A stretch of 63,961 nucleotides of DNA, filler included, from Thelocarpon superellum (taxonomy: Eukaryota), in the NCBI GenBank assembly GCA_026025795.1. It is 7 parts of 7 records of this genome, joined end to end, with 100 filler letters (N's around TTAATTAATTAA, not from the genome) between each part and the next. Parts side by side here need not be neighbours in the genome. Positions count along the whole stretch, not along the records: positions 9,955 to 19,783 come from JAPEUG010000551.1; positions 19,884 to 29,711 come from JAPEUG010000552.1; 5 more parts are not named here. One strand, given 5' to 3'. The notes under the pieces are model-generated. The model ran no database searches. It saw only the letters and a list, made by a program, of their open reading frames with translations, and had not been told where the DNA came from. Position numbers and translations under genes: made by a program. This document shows positions 13,701-26,627 of the stretch, piece by piece. Within the stretch, counting starts at the first letter, position 1. Every line of letters starts with the position of its first letter.

Positions 13701-16700
13701 AGCAGCTCGGGCAACACCTTTACCACCAACGAGGTCAGCTTCTTGGTCGACTCGATCGTCTCGAACCGAGACCCGCACGCGCGGGCGGGATGTGCCGTCG
13801 CGCTGGGATGCATCCACGCCCAGGTCGGGGGAATGGCGGCCGGGTATCATCTCAAGAACATCTTTGGCGTGTTGATCTCGCTGATTAAAGACCCGCACCC
13901 GACCGTGCACTTCTGGGCCCTCAGTGGCCTGATTCAGCTGATCGACTCGGCTGGCCTGACCTTCTCGGCCCTGGTCTCGAGCTCGTTGGGCATACTGGCG
14001 CAGATCTACGTGGCCGACACCCACCACGCCGAGACGGCGTTGGTCATGTCATCCAATCTCGAGATGGAGTGGTCGACCGTGGCGGCAATCGCGCGATGCA
14101 CAGATGCGTTGATCAACGTGCTCGGACCCGACCTCCAGGACATGAGCAAGACGCGTGATCTGATCTTGACCATGGTCGCGCAACTGCAGTCCGAAGAGGA
14201 CCCGTTGGTCTTGCGCGAGAGCCTCCGGTGCCTGGAGCATCTCACCCTCTACGCCTCGGGCCACATGGACTTTGACGCCTACGTGCGATGCCTGCGCGTC
14301 GAGCTCGCCTCGACGCAGGTCGAGGTGCGCGACGCCGCCATCGATGGCCTCTACAACGTGATGAAGCGGGACCCAGACGGCATCATGGCGCGTGCCGGGG
14401 CCGGGTTGGAGGATCAGATGTGGCTGGTGCTCGACCAAGTGCCGACGCACGAGGGCGTCCGCAACATCCTCCGCAACTGGCTGCATCAGACTAGCCTGTC
14501 GCAGACGGCACGATGGGTGCAACGGTGTCGGGAGGTGCTGAACAAGGTGAAGCCCCCCGACGACGGCGGACCGGTGGCGCCGACGGCGAAGTCGTCGGGC
14601 ATGCCTGACCTACAAGATGAAGAGGTTGCGGGCTTTGCCACGGCGGCCGCGGCGACCAGCCGAGACGACTCGGCTGTCGCGGCGGAGGCGGGAGGGCAGC
14701 CGCTGAAGTGGCAGGTGCAGACCTTTGCCATGGCTTGCCTGAGCGAGCTCTTGACGACGGTGCACCGGGCGATGCTCGCCGCCACCAGCGTGACTCCTGC
14801 CGAGACGGCGCTGCAGCAGCACGTGGCCGAGGTCATCCGCATGGCCTTTTCGGCGTCGACGTCGAACGTGGTGGAGCTCCGGGTGTGGGGGTTGCGGATC
14901 ATCGACCAAGTCCTCAACGTAGGTGTTCTCAACATTGCTGACCGGCCCGCGACGTAAGCCTAACGCGGACAGATCTTTGGCAAGACGCCCGATCCCGACT
15001 TTGCAGAGGCGTCGTTGTTGGAGCAATACCAAGCGCAGATCAGCTCGGCCTTGACCCCGGCTTTTACGGCGGAGTCATCGCCGGCGCTGGCGTCCGCGGC
15101 CACGAACGTGTGTGCCTCCTTCATCGCCACGGGCATCGTGACGGACGTGGATCGGATGGGCCGGATTCTGAAGCTCCTCGTGTCCTCGCTCGAGAGTTTC
15201 TCCGGCGAGACGGAGACGACGGCGATCGGCGACCTCAAAGGCTTGAGCTCGAACGCGCAAGTGATGGTGCGCATGGCGGTGTATGCGGCGTGGGCGGAGT
15301 TGCAGGTGGCGAGCATGGAACAGAAGTATCTCGACCACGTGCTGGCGCCGTACATTGGCCGGCTCACGCCCTTGTGGCTCTCTTCGCTCAAGGAGTTTGC
15401 GCAGTTGCGCTTCGAACCCGACATCTCGATGAACAACGCCCCGTCGGCGTCGTCAGAGGATCTGGACACCGTCTACGCCGCGCTGAACCGCGAGACCCGG
15501 TTGAAATTCTACCAAGACTCGTGGCTCAAGTTGGTTGATGCCATTGCCAGTCTCATCGAACAGGACAGCAGCTTTGTGTTTGAGGCGCTGGATGGCAAGG
15601 TCGAGGCCCAGACGCCCAATGGCACGTCGAAGGCGACGGACATCAACTATCGCGACGAGCCCGTGGCCTTTTTCTTCGTGCTCTTCGGCATCGCCTTTGA
15701 AGCGCTGGTGGGCCGGTCAGGCGGCGACCTCCTGTCCTCGCATGCCCAGATTGTGGAGGTGCTCGTGGCGCTGAAGAAGATCCTGCATCCGTCGGTGTCG
15801 GGCCAGGCCATTTATCAGGAGGTCGTCTTCGCCGAGACAATAGATCTGTTGGACCGACTGGTCCTGACCGAAGGGCTCGACGTGCAGGCCGTCATCGTGG
15901 ATATTGTACGGAGTCTCTGTCTGGCGCATCCGTCGGCGCGCGAAGGATCAGAGGCGTCGGAGAGCGGAGAGAATCTGTCGGAAGACATTGATCAACTGTT
16001 CGAACTGACCCGGATCATTGTCCTGGTGCTGGCGGGCGTCCTGCCGCCCCTGTCCGACGCAAAGTCTACCGGTACGCATGGACGGTGATTATGACTCATG
16101 TGCGATACTGACGGTCTTCCAGCCCGCCCAACCCTCTCACAGGACGCTCTCTCGCTCATCCGACGGTCCCTCGAGGCGCTCGTGGATGTGGCCGAGGTCT
16201 TCCCGTCTGTCATCAAAACGGATCTGTATGCCTGCATCGTCCACATTTTTGCGAGTAGGTCGCTCTTGGTCCAACAGGGCATGCGGCGTGTTGACAGCCA
16301 CAGCGATTCTCAGTCTCGGCTCGTGCCAAGCGACCGTGGTGCCTCAGGCGCTCCCGATCTTCAAGCGGTTCGTTCAGAGCATCACTCGACCGCGAGAGGA
16401 TCCGCCCACGCCAGACGGGACGGTGGTGCAGCACCTGCGGGGATGTCTGCAGCGCTTTCTGGCCATTCTGAAGCGGGCCCAACAGCGAGAGACGGAGGCC
16501 AGTGTGCCATGCGAGAAGAACACGCTCCTGGCGTGCACGATCTTGGTCAGCAGCGGGACGGAGATGTTCTCCGCCGACGACGCATTGGTCACGACGTTCT
16601 TGGATGAGACGGTCGAGTGTTTGGATGATCGCATGGTTCGTCGCCCGACACCTTGTGCTGCTACCGACTAACGAGGGTCGTGTCGTCAGACGGGCCAGGT

Positions 16701-17184
16701 TGCTGCGAACTGCATTCGGTCCATCACGCTCGCGAGCCACAAGTCGGGGGCTAGCGAGTCTCTCGCACAGCACCTCTTCCCGCGCCTCCTATCCTTTATT
16801 ACGTCCCCATCCACGTCCGCATCCGCCGAGACAAGCAGTCTCCGGACGTTTGTCGCGCGCACCCTGACCACCTTTGGCACGAGCCTCGAGACACGACCCC
16901 AGCGCGCAACGGCCTTCTGTCTCCTCCTGCCTGCTCTTCTCGACCGCGCCTCGTCCGACGGCGAATCCATCTTCAGCGAGACGGCGACGCGCATTCTCGA
17001 GCTGGCTGGCACGGACCAGTTTGCGTTCCGCGTGGTGGTGGGCGGGATGCCCCGGGAGATGAAGAGTTTTATGGAGCGTGTGCTCCGCGAGGGGGGAAGG
17101 CGAGGGGGCGACATCGGAACGGGGAAGAATGGCGACCACGGCCAGGAACCGACGATTGCGCTCAAGATGGATTTTGGTGCGTAG
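10715..17184 (+). CDS. LAA1: HEAT-repeat AP-1 accessory protein Laa1/Sip1/HEATR5 (about 7 exons)
   Basis: Chain of long helical ORFs (10571-13222, 13192-13623, 13644-14957, 15015-16088, 16018-16671 and onward) joined by short GT-AG introns. Motifs QIQVAWILIGGLMSLGPNFVK, IKDPHPTVHFWAL and LLEQYQAQISSALTPAF; C-terminus EPTIALKMDFGA. Confidence 0.9.
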
Positions 17185-18043
17185 TCTGTACATATATACG
17201 TGAGAAGGAGAATAGGGGATGAACTTGGACATGGAGGCGGGTGTGTAGTTACCACCGGCCGACACCGGTCCACGTATGTGACCCATCAAGCTGCAGGCCT
17301 CTCGACCGATTACCCTGAGCACCAGTATGACGCACAGCCGATGGACTTTTTCCTGTGCACGAAGTACGAAGGACGTGTAGTGGGTCGTTCTAACTCGGAA
17401 GGACACGGGACTGCTCGCTGGCATAGTGCGCGCACGCTGAAAATGCCGATGACCTCGGCAAATGCTTGGTCGCCAGTCACGAGTAGTCGTACCTGGAGAC
17501 ACCCACCGTGACTCCACCACTCATCCAAGTTACCGGCGAGCTCGAGACCAAGCCAAGGTCAAGGTCCAAAACACGAAAGGCATCCGTACTGGGGTGCCTT
17601 CAAGCACAATAAGTCTCCTGTGCTTCAGTGGCGTAGTTGGAGAGACGCAGACTAGTGTCCGCCAGTTGTTATGCTAAGAGATCAAGGCTTGAGCATCGAC
17701 CACCGACCAGCGATCTGGCGCGCGGGATTCATCGATTGAGTTTCACACAGATTGCCGCGATCTATGCTATCGCCCTCAACGCTTCATCCAATGCTTGACG
17801 GACACTCATGACCTGCAAGATATGGCGTGCGGCATTTATGCTCCCATCGACGGCGAATCGCTCACCACACAAGATTGCTATGCAGAAGGAGAGATTGGAC
17901 CTGATCGCCCACATCTCACCCGTCCATTTCGTTCCCCGTCTGCTTCAACCAGGCGTCTCTATCCCTCTCTCTACCCTCCAGCTATTGCATGCAGTGTCAA
18001 CAACCTTCAGTAGACATTTCTCATCGCTCGCCACTCATGACCC

Positions 18044-18668
18044 ATGACCATGTCCTCTTTCATTCTCACTCTCACTCTCACTCTCACTCTCACCACCCTA
18101 GCCACTCTCATCGCCGCCGTCGTAGCCGCCCCTCAACATGCAACGGACGGCACATCACCCACGACCGAGCAGAACCCCAGCCCCGTGGGTGACGTGTACG
18201 GCTTCTATCCTACCATGCACCCAGACCTCGGCCTGCCGGACGGCAACTGCTCGCAGGCGATGAACAACGTGCTGGAGACCGTGTACCCCAACTGGGCCAA
18301 CTTGCTGCAGAGCTCCAACTCGTCGACCAAAGTGCCCTACGCGGACCAGTACCGGGATTCTCTTCCGTTCGCTAACTCCAGTCCGTGGGTGCTTGATGTC
18401 GTCGGGGATTGCATAGCGGGGTACTTGCGTGGGGATGAGACGCCGCTCAATGCCTCGCAGCTTTCGGAGCCGTGAGTTGCCTCCCTGCTTCGCTGCCTTC
18501 CTCCCTTCCCCCCTCCCTTGCTCGCTACATCTGTACCGGCCGTGAAGAAACTCACTAATTCTGAATCATGGCGGTTCTAGGGCTCTTGTGCTTCTTCAAG
18601 ATGGCTTTGGTGAGGGATGCACCAGCTACGCATGCTACGAGTTATACCCGGCTTGGATGATGGATTGA
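18044..18668 (+). CDS. Orphan small secreted protein, about 171 aa, 4 Cys; exons 18044-18471 and 18581-18668
   Basis: Hydrophobic N-terminus (partly from a CTCACT repeat encoding LTLTLT). Intron 18472-18580 (GTGAGT..CTAAT..TAG) gives the in-frame tail ALVLLQDGFGEGCTSYACYELYPAWMMD*. Confidence 0.72.
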
Positions 18669-19783
18669 ACTTTTGGAGGACGCGAGGGGAGGTGGGGGTT
18701 TATACGTGTCTTCTTATCAATTGCGATATGGCGTCCACGGTAAAGAGAGAGACCTTACAACTGCTGGACACTAATCTGCGCGTCCCTCCGTGATATAGAC
18801 CAACCATGCCCTTTACCAGAACATGAGCATGGCTAATGGGGCTTTCCCATTTACTGGGTAGGTAGTCTAGAGTAGTTTCCAAGAGTTGTTATGATAGGCC
18901 GATATTGATCTTGTGGCGTGGTTGGGACTCCGCTTCTAAACGTAGCCCAGGCTACATATTGTCTGAGTTTAGGGCAAGACTTCCGCAGACGATCTTTCAC
19001 TTCTACGACATGTCTATCGGCCTACACGTCTTTGGTAGCGTTAGGCATCCTTTGGGCGCAAAGAGGGATCTCCTATTTAATCAGGAAGTTGCGTACACCA
19101 CATGCAGACTCAAAGTATTCATGATACCTGTATCGACAACACGCGCCTCGCAGTTCCTACCTCTTGTACGTGGGCTCGTTGGAGGGTGCTACCAAATCTG
19201 ATCGACTATAAATCCATTCACGAGTTCTCGCTGACACAGGACATTACTTGCTCCACCCCATATCGGTCACGCATAAAACAGCCAAGCAGTTACGCGACGT
19301 GTACGTACAAAGTGCGAAGGAATTCTCCGTGGGACTGCGGTGTTTAGATCGTAACGGATACTACAGTCGGTCCTCCGTTTCGGCACCCCGTAACCCCCTT
19401 CCCTTTCCTGACCTAGACCGAATATCATCACGGCTGCCGAGTACATTGGCGCTGTCGGCCATGACGCCTCGGTGGCGAGTCCCCTTCACTTGTCTCGACG
19501 ACACGCCGAGCTTGGGCCAGGGCTCTACAGGCCTGACCTACAAGATCAGTGACCATTAATCTCGCATCAACTGTGTCCTCGGCCAATCACTCGTCGGAGC
19601 GGGCAAGGACGATATCATTCGACCATTGGAGACAATACAAAGACGGATAATGCAGACACCCGATGGGAGAAATTCCTAGGAAATTAAGAAGCAATGCATT
19701 TCATGGCTTCAAAGGTAGAGGTAGATACGAGATGGATGGACCCGATTGATCAATCCGACATGGTGTACCAAATCCACCATCTT

Positions 19784-19883
19784 NNNNNNNNNNNNNNNNN
19801 NNNNNNNNNNNNNNNNNNNNNNNNNNNTTAATTAATTAANNNNNNNNNNNNNNNNNNNNNNNNNNNNNNNNNNNNNNNNNNNN
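19784..19883. other. Artificial contig linker
   Basis: N44-TTAATTAATTAA-N44. Confidence 0.99.
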
Positions 19884-21578
19884 GTCTGGGCTGTCCTGGT
19901 CTTTATCTTGAAGGTCCTCGTCATGGTGCTCCGCATTCATTACCAAAAGCGATCTTTGGTGGCCAATATTTCTCAGTCCAAGGAGAAAGTATGGGCCCTC
20001 TCCATCCTGTACGACGCGTCGCGGGCGTTGCAGCTACCGTTCTGTCCTTCGCTCAAGGCTCAGGACGCCGTCGTGGGCGCATCCAACCATCCAGTTGACG
20101 AGGGAGTCGGACACGCTCCCGCACGCACGATGCACCGCATCGGTCGCCTGGTCGACAGGCTCATTGGGGCCTACGGAGCGATGATTAGCCGGGCTTCGAA
20201 GCCGCATTGGTTCCAGCCGAACTCTTCGCACGCGGTCGTGATCAAAGCCCTCGAGTCGCAAGCGTCGTCAGAAGCGCTGGCTCGGCGGCTCTGGGCGTCT
20301 TTGGTCCGCGAGGGCCAAAATACGTTGGTCCTCGACGACTTCCTCCGCACATTCGGTTCCGATCGCGGCAAGGATGCGGACCGGTGCTTTCGCACGTTTG
20401 ACGAGAACCGAAACGGCGATCTTCTTCAAGATGAGATGGTCATGGCCGTGGCGGAAGTGGGACGGATGCGTCGAGCGAACATCCAAGGTCTGGATGACAT
20501 GGATTACGCTATGCGGTCCTTTGACTACATGCTGCAGACTGTCGTTGCGCTCGTGGTGATGCTGTGGGTCGTCATCGAATATGCGCCCATCGCCAAGAAC
20601 GTCATCGATGTCTTTCAGTACGCCGTGGTGGGTGTGAGCTTCGCCATGGGGCGGACAGTGCACGAATTCGTGGCTTGCTCCATGTACATCTTCCTCAAGC
20701 ATCCCTACGATGTCGGCGACCGCGTCGAGCTGTGGAATCTTCACACCAATAGCTTGATCCCGCTCGTCGTCCAACGGGTATCTCTCCTTTACACCGTCTT
20801 CAAGCGAGTCGACAACTACAAGCTCTTTCAGAGCTCCAATTTTGTGTTGAACGCTCTGAGCCTGGAGAACATCAGCCGGTCCGGGGCGAACAAAGAGCAG
20901 ATCAGCTTTGTTGTGGATTTCGACACGACTTTCAAAGACTTGAGTCAACTCCGCGACGAGTTGCAGGCATTCGTCTCGCACCCGGAAAATCGGCGGGATT
21001 ACAACCCGGATATCACCGTCGATATCGCCGGGATCCACGAGATGGCATCGCTGGAGCTTCGGGTGGAACTTCAGTACAAGACGAATTGGTCCAACGGACC
21101 GCTCCGTATCGCGCGTCGGGCCAAGTTCATGTGCGCTCTCGTGGCCATCGCCCGGCGTATTCCCATCGCTCGACCCGGGGGATATTTCCCAGCGGGCACG
21201 GAGAAAAATCCACAATATGTGGTCCAGGTGTCGGAGACACAAGCAGGGATCCAACGTGGAGTCATCGATCGAGAGCTACGCGAGATGCGAGGCGACTTCT
21301 CTCCCGAGACGGATGGAAACGAGGGCGGTAAAAAGGAGGAAGAAGCTTGGTGGGAGGCCGAGACGCAGCCTTCCGAGAGGTCCACAACGACCATCGGCGC
21401 TCCAGACTCGGAAGAAGCGGCCGCGATGCTGAGCATGATGGGCAATTTGATCCTCCCGGCGCCCAGTTTGGAGAATCCTCCGCGGATCGGCATGACGCTC
21501 CAACGTCGAAAGAAGAGCGGGCCGGTTTCTCTTGGGGGCATGTCGACATCCATCAATACCGAGACCACGTCCGCTTGA
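19884..21578 (+). CDS. MscS-like mechanosensitive channel (Msy1/Msy2 family), 5'-truncated
   Basis: ALARRLWAS, EF-hand-like FDENRNGDL, TM helices, FLKHPYDVGDRVEL, SLLYTVFKR, ENISRS, RRAKFMCALV. Frame is open from the contig edge. Confidence 0.88.
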   Translation, partial: VWAVLVFILKVLVMVLRIHYQKRSLVANISQSKEKVWALSILYDASRALQLPFCPSLKAQDAVVGASNHPVDEGVGHAPARTMHRIGRLVDRLIGAYGAMISRASKPHWFQPNSSHAVVIKALESQASSEALARRLWASLVREGQNTLVLDDFLRTFGSDRGKDADRCFRTFDENRNGDLLQDEMVMAVAEVGRMRRANIQGLDDMDYAMRSFDYMLQTVVALVVMLWVVIEYAPIAKNVIDVFQYAVVGVSFAMGRTVHEFVACSMYIFLKHPYDVGDRVELWNLHTNSLIPLVVQRVSLLYTVFKRVDNYKLFQSSNFVLNALSLENISRSGANKEQISFVVDFDTTFKDLSQLRDELQAFVSHPENRRDYNPDITVDIAGIHEMASLELRVELQYKTNWSNGPLRIARRAKFMCALVAIARRIPIARPGGYFPAGTEKNPQYVVQVSETQAGIQRGVIDRELREMRGDFSPETDGNEGGKKEEEAWWEAETQPSERSTTTIGAPDSEEAAAMLSMMGNLILPAPSLENPPRIGMTLQRRKKSGPVSLGGMSTSINTETTSA

Positions 21579-21803
21579 ATCTCCGCCACGCACAGGTCAT
21601 CCACTCAATGTCCAACAGCTTTCATCGGACTTTATCTCCAATTCCTGCTGAGTTCTTCCGCTGAAAACCAGCTCCCTCTTCCAACTCTACATAGAGGTCC
21701 AATTATCTCTTTTCCATCTTAGCTATCATCCGCCTTCAGAAAGTCCCATGTCATAAGCCCGAGTTCATCTTGTGCGTTAAAAGTTGTAACATACATCTCC
21801 GTG

Positions 21804-22631
21804 TCAGGCTGCTTTGCGGGCAATTGCAACGTAGAGACGTGGCTCCTCCTTGCCTTTCCCGGTCGGAGCCAATGCCTTCTCGTACTCCTGTATGAAAAGC
21901 TGTCTAGCCTTCTCTTTCACCTGTGGGTCACGGAAGGCCTCGTACACAGTATATTTTAGGCACTGATCAAAAACGCTAGACGCTTGAGAGGCATCTATAT
22001 CCCGCGAGTCGTAGGTGTCGCTTTCGAAGACTCGGTCGGCGGTCAATCCAGCATCCAAGAGGAGATTCCGGACAGACTCGATGGAATGGATCCACAAGCG
22101 GTCGACCAACATCCCCTGGGTAATGCCCGAATCTTGGGCAATCCGCTCCAGAATCAGACCCCCCACGAATGCTGTCTCGACGGGGACATCAAAGATGATG
22201 CCTCCGCCCGGAGCGAGGAGAGCGGACCACTGTCGCAGCGCAGCTTGTGAGTCTTCGAGAAGGACCAGGGCGGAGCAGCACGTGATCCAATCAAAGCCCC
22301 CCTCTCGCAAAAGGTCCAGGTCTGAAAGGTCCGCCACGTCGTGGTTGATGAAAGTAATGTCCAGGCCTTCGGACGCGGCCCGCTGCCGGCCCCGGGCCAT
22401 CATGCCCTCGCTGACATCGATCCCTACCACCCTACCCTCAGCCCCAACGCGATTTTTGGCGTAGCAAGTGACCAGGCCGGTGCCACAAGCCAGGTCCAGC
22501 ACTGCGTCTCCTGGTTGCATGTTGGCCCAGGTAACAAAGTCTCGCGCCAGGCGTGGGTGCCATGACTCGTCGTAGCTGGAGCTCCTTTCGTCGTAGATGG
22601 CAGCGAGGGACGTAGCTCGACTGTTGGCCAT
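21804..22631 (-). CDS. Class I SAM-dependent methyltransferase (UbiE/Methyltransf_11-like), single exon
   Basis: Motif I VLDLACGTGLV, VVGIDVSEGM, FDWITCCSAL, LLAPGGGIIFD. First ATG at 22631. Confidence 0.88.
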   Translation of the reverse strand: MANSRATSLAAIYDERSSSYDESWHPRLARDFVTWANMQPGDAVLDLACGTGLVTCYAKNRVGAEGRVVGIDVSEGMMARGRQRAASEGLDITFINHDVADLSDLDLLREGGFDWITCCSALVLLEDSQAALRQWSALLAPGGGIIFDVPVETAFVGGLILERIAQDSGITQGMLVDRLWIHSIESVRNLLLDAGLTADRVFESDTYDSRDIDASQASSVFDQCLKYTVYEAFRDPQVKEKARQLFIQEYEKALAPTGKGKEEPRLYVAIARKAA

Positions 22632-22957
22632 GCTTCGACTCACGTCATCAATTAGTAAGCTCAGTGGAATGTGAGTGTTTAGATAGAAGGTGTAAAGGAG
22701 TGCTCCTCGAAGCGGTGTTTGGGTGGTAACATAGTTACGAAGAACTTCGTACGATACGGGAGCCAGGAGCCATGTTGACGGAGCGAACGGTGCTCGTCGC
22801 CACCCTCGTCTAATTCGTCCGGGGCCGGGAGCTTTGCCTGTGAGCTGCATGACTAATCGATGGACGGATGTCGACAAGTCAACGCCCACCTCCTTGACAT
22901 TTCTGGCTCCAGGTCAAGCACCAAGTAGTCTGGTCGTTCACTTGTCATCGATTCACC

Positions 22958-24190
22958 ATGAAAGCGCCTGGGGTGCTGGGCATATTGTGCGTCCTGCTGC
23001 TTGTGGGCATAGGGTGCGCCGAGCACACATCCAACTGGGCCGTGCTCGTGTCCACATCACGCTTCTGGTTCAACTACCGGCATTTGGCCAATGTGCTCTC
23101 CCTCTACCGGACAGTGAAGCGGCTGGGCATCCCGGATTCTCAAATCATCCTGATGCTCCCTGACGACATGGCCTGCAACCCTCGCAACGCCTTCCCCGGT
23201 ACGGTGTATAACAACGCCGACCGCGCCCTGGACCTGTACGGGGACAACATCGAGGTCGACTACCGGGGGTACGAGGTCACGGTCGAGAACTTCATTCGCC
23301 TCTTGACGGACCGCGTGGGAGAAGAGATGCCCCGAAGCAAGCGGCTCTTGACCGACGACCGAAGCAACATTCTGGTCTACATGACGGGCCATGGCGGGAA
23401 CGAATTCCTGAAGTTCCAGGACGCCGAGGAGATCAGTGCCTTTGACCTTGCCGACGCCTTTGAACAGATGTGGGAGAAGAAGAGGTGAGTGTTGTGACAT
23501 CACGGATGCGCGCTCTAGCTGATCACGTCTGTCAGGTATCACGAGATGCTCTTCATGATCGACACCTGCCAGGCAAACACCATGTACAGCAAGTTCTACT
23601 CTCCGAACATCATCGCCACCGGCTCGTCCGAGATCGACCAATCCTCCTACTCTCACCATGCCGACAACGACGTCGGCGTGGCCGTGATCGATCGGTATAC
23701 CTACTACAACCTCGATTTCCTGGAGACACACGTGCGGGAGCCCGGATCGAAGATGACGCTTGGAGACCTGTTCGAGAGCTACGACGAGAGCAAGATCCAC
23801 TCACATCCTGGTGTGAGCTACGACCTCTTCCCCGGTGGAGAGCAAGCCGGGCGCGAGCGACTGGTGATGGATTTCTTCGGCAATGTGCAGAACGTGGAGG
23901 TAGAAGGAAGCGCCAACGCGACGGAGAGTGACTGGAAGGAAGACCTGACGCTACTTGCACGCATGATTGCGGCCAAGCGGAACCAGAGTCTCCCAAACGA
24001 CGAGAACGACGAGGTCATTGCAGATCCGCAGCCGGAGAAGACGACGACGAAGACGACGGGGTCCAAACGCGCCGGGGCCGTCAAGGTCCAGGCCGAAGAA
24101 GGCTGGACGCACCAGGCCATTGGCGCGTCGGCGTTGGTGGGCTGTGCATTGATATGGCTGGCGGGATCCTGGGTTGATGGGCGGGGATGA
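22958..24190 (+). CDS. GPI8: GPI-anchor transamidase catalytic subunit (peptidase C13); intron 23485-23535
   Basis: [20 protein letters not shown], catalytic YMTGHGG and IDTCQA, C-terminal TM segment. Confidence 0.97.
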
Positions 24191-24569
24191 AGCCTGGAGA
24201 CCATCTGCATCTATCAACGCATAGCACGCACAGCTCAGGGGTGAGGACGAGCCAATCGGCCTGTCCTTGCGCCGCCAGCCGCTCAGGCCGCGCCGCGCCC
24301 GGCAACATCTCACTCACTCACACGCGTCGAGTAGAGGAGACAGACGCGGAGCATGGCGCGTTCGGCTGGACAAGGTGGTGCCGCCGCTTACGGACCACGA
24401 GGCAGCGCATTGGGGGTGCACGAGTAGACTAGAGTGAAGGGTTGCCCTCGATCATGCAGTGCATATACCATGCGTCTTGGAACTCGAATCATGACAGTCG
24501 TGTAGCCCAGGAACGACGCAGGCGGGTAGAGTCGAGAAAGCAGAGAGCAGGGAAAGATACGAATCAATC

Positions 24570-26211
24570 TCAGTCGCAAAGACCCAGTATTCTCCCTGCA
24601 ACAGGAACCCACTCGTCTTCCCACCGGTGCGCGCCTTCCTTCATTGTGCCTTCTTTGAGTCTCTTGAGCTCTGCATTCCTCTCCCAAGCCCCGCCAGCCC
24701 CAGCAGCACGATCCCCCATCAGCGCCAGCTCGACGGCAAACAAGTCTCTCAAGACGTCAGCCAGCTGCTGTGCCGACTGGAAGCCACGGCCGTTTTGGCC
24801 TTCGCGCACGAGTTCCTTCCAGGCCTCGAAGTCGGACCAGCCGACGACGGGCAGGCCGGCGCCGAACATGTCGACCACTTTCATGGGCAGGTCGACGCCC
24901 GACGACGACGTGTGCAGACTCACGCCCAGATCGGCGCTGCCTAGTAAGCTTGCGTAGTCTGCGGCGGAGAGCCAGGCCGTCTGCACGATGATGTTGCGGA
25001 GGAGGCCGGATCGGGTGTGCGATGAAATCTGCGAGAGGTAGTGGGCTTTTTGGGGCCCTTTGCCCGTGATGATGGCCAGGATTTGCGGGAGGTGGGCCGC
25101 GGTAGTGGCGGTGGTCGAGGCTGAGTAGCTGATGAGTGCGTCCAGAAGGATGGAGAAATCCTCGTCGGCTGTCCATGACGTCGCGCTCACGAGTAGCTTG
25201 GTGCGTCCGGCCAGGATGTCCTGGGCGTGTGGTGCCGTCTCCGGGAGACGAGCGAGAAATGAAGCGCGCTGGGACGGCGATAGGGGCTGGAAGTGCGCCG
25301 GCGGTCGATCGTGAAGGGTCAAAATCGGAGAGGCAATGTGAAAGTCTTCTTTGAGCACCCGCGCCATGGCGTCCGTGACGGTGAAATTGGCGGACGCAAA
25401 GCCGCCGAAGAAAGACTCGTATCTTCATGTCATCAGCCTCCACATCGGGTTCTTGGGAGATCCTGGAAAACCAACCGCTTTGCAACGCTCACCAGTGGGT
25501 GTGCCTCCCCTAGTCGCATGGCCAAGATGGACCACCCGAAATTATGCCAGTCAATCAGGAGATGCGTGTCACGGATGAGACAGACGAGGTAGGCGATGGC
25601 GAGGCTGGGAATAGAGGGAGGATTCTAGAGCAAAAAGAAGTCAGCGTCCATCGAAGAGGTCGTAACGGAGGCCAGTATGGAAGAAGCATGTTACCTGCAC
25701 CAGCAGCCATCGTGCTGCCTTGGTCCGGTAACCCAGGATAAGCCACAGACTCCACACCTGCCATAGCACCTTCAATGGCCCGTAGACCAGGAACAGCAAT
25801 TTGTTCTCCGTCCTCAGCAACCGCGGCGGAGGTGGTATGGCAGTGATGGAGACCAGTGGGCTGGACAACAGGTCAGGATGGGGGTCGGACTCTGCAAATC
25901 GTCAATCTGCTGTGTCCCGATCACCCGGTCTCGTGGGGGAGTCAACCTCGATATCCGATCAACTCCACTACACCCCCATGCTTGGCGATGCTTATTGCGT
26001 GATATTGCATTCGAGGACTCCGTCCGATATCTCCCAAGACTAGAACCTGCACCGTGCTCTTTGGTGATTGATCACGTGCCCCATCCTTGGAGAGTTCTTG
26101 GTTGGAGTCATCACGAAGGGGAGATCTGGCTTCATATCTGGCCGGGAGCAGGTAGAGCAGTACTGCGCTCACGAGAGCACCGAGGAGGATAATTGTGAGG
26201 ACCGTCGTCAT
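24570..26211 (-). CDS. ALG1: Chitobiosyldiphosphodolichol beta-mannosyltransferase (multi-exon)
   Basis: N-terminal [66 protein letters not shown]. Confidence 0.95.
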
Positions 26212-26536
26212 TCTACAGTGGTGGGGATTTCTGCATGCACGGGCATTTCCACACTGGCAAACACAAGTTTACGCTGCAATGGAAGTCATTCTTCCGACGA
26301 CTTGATGAGCGCCGCTGTGGTAACGCGGGTCTACAGAGCTCTCAAACAGGGGTTGCTGTTACTTACAAGTAGGTGCATGGTCTTGTGCTTAAGCGAATAA
26401 GGGCCAATGCGCTCGCTATGAGCTCAATAGGCACGGCTACGAGTATGTTACATCGCTCACTGATCGTTCCTGCCCCTCGTCAATTGCGGGCTGATGTAGA
26501 TTCGATCTGAGCTCGACTCTCCACATAATTTACGCC

Positions 26537-26627
26537 TGTAGGAGCGCGCACGTGACCTAGTCACGTGCCCACTCCTATCACTATCCCAGACTACGCGTAG
26601 ATTAGCAATTCAGCTCTGATTCTTACA
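26537..26627 (+). mobile_element. 91-bp dispersed element (solo-LTR/TRIM- or MITE-like), copy 1
   Basis: Starts TGTAGG, ends CTTACA, flanked by CGCC on both sides (26533-26536 and 26628-26631). Differs from 30598-30687 by 6 substitutions and 1 indel. Confidence 0.8.

Noticed and set aside
3693..16773. Many long antisense or alternative-frame ORFs over real genes (e.g. 5290-6159, 8043-9053, 12317-13201)
   Set aside because: Expected shadows of GC-rich codon usage; no independent motifs.
18700..19783. Lower-GC stretch as a RIP-degraded transposon
   Set aside because: No transposase or RT motifs, no terminal repeats, and CpA/TpG dinucleotides remain common.
21804..22631. Intronless methyltransferase as a horizontal transfer from bacteria
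   Set aside because: Such enzymes are common in fungi and nothing in the sequence alone shows foreign origin; it would need a phylogeny.
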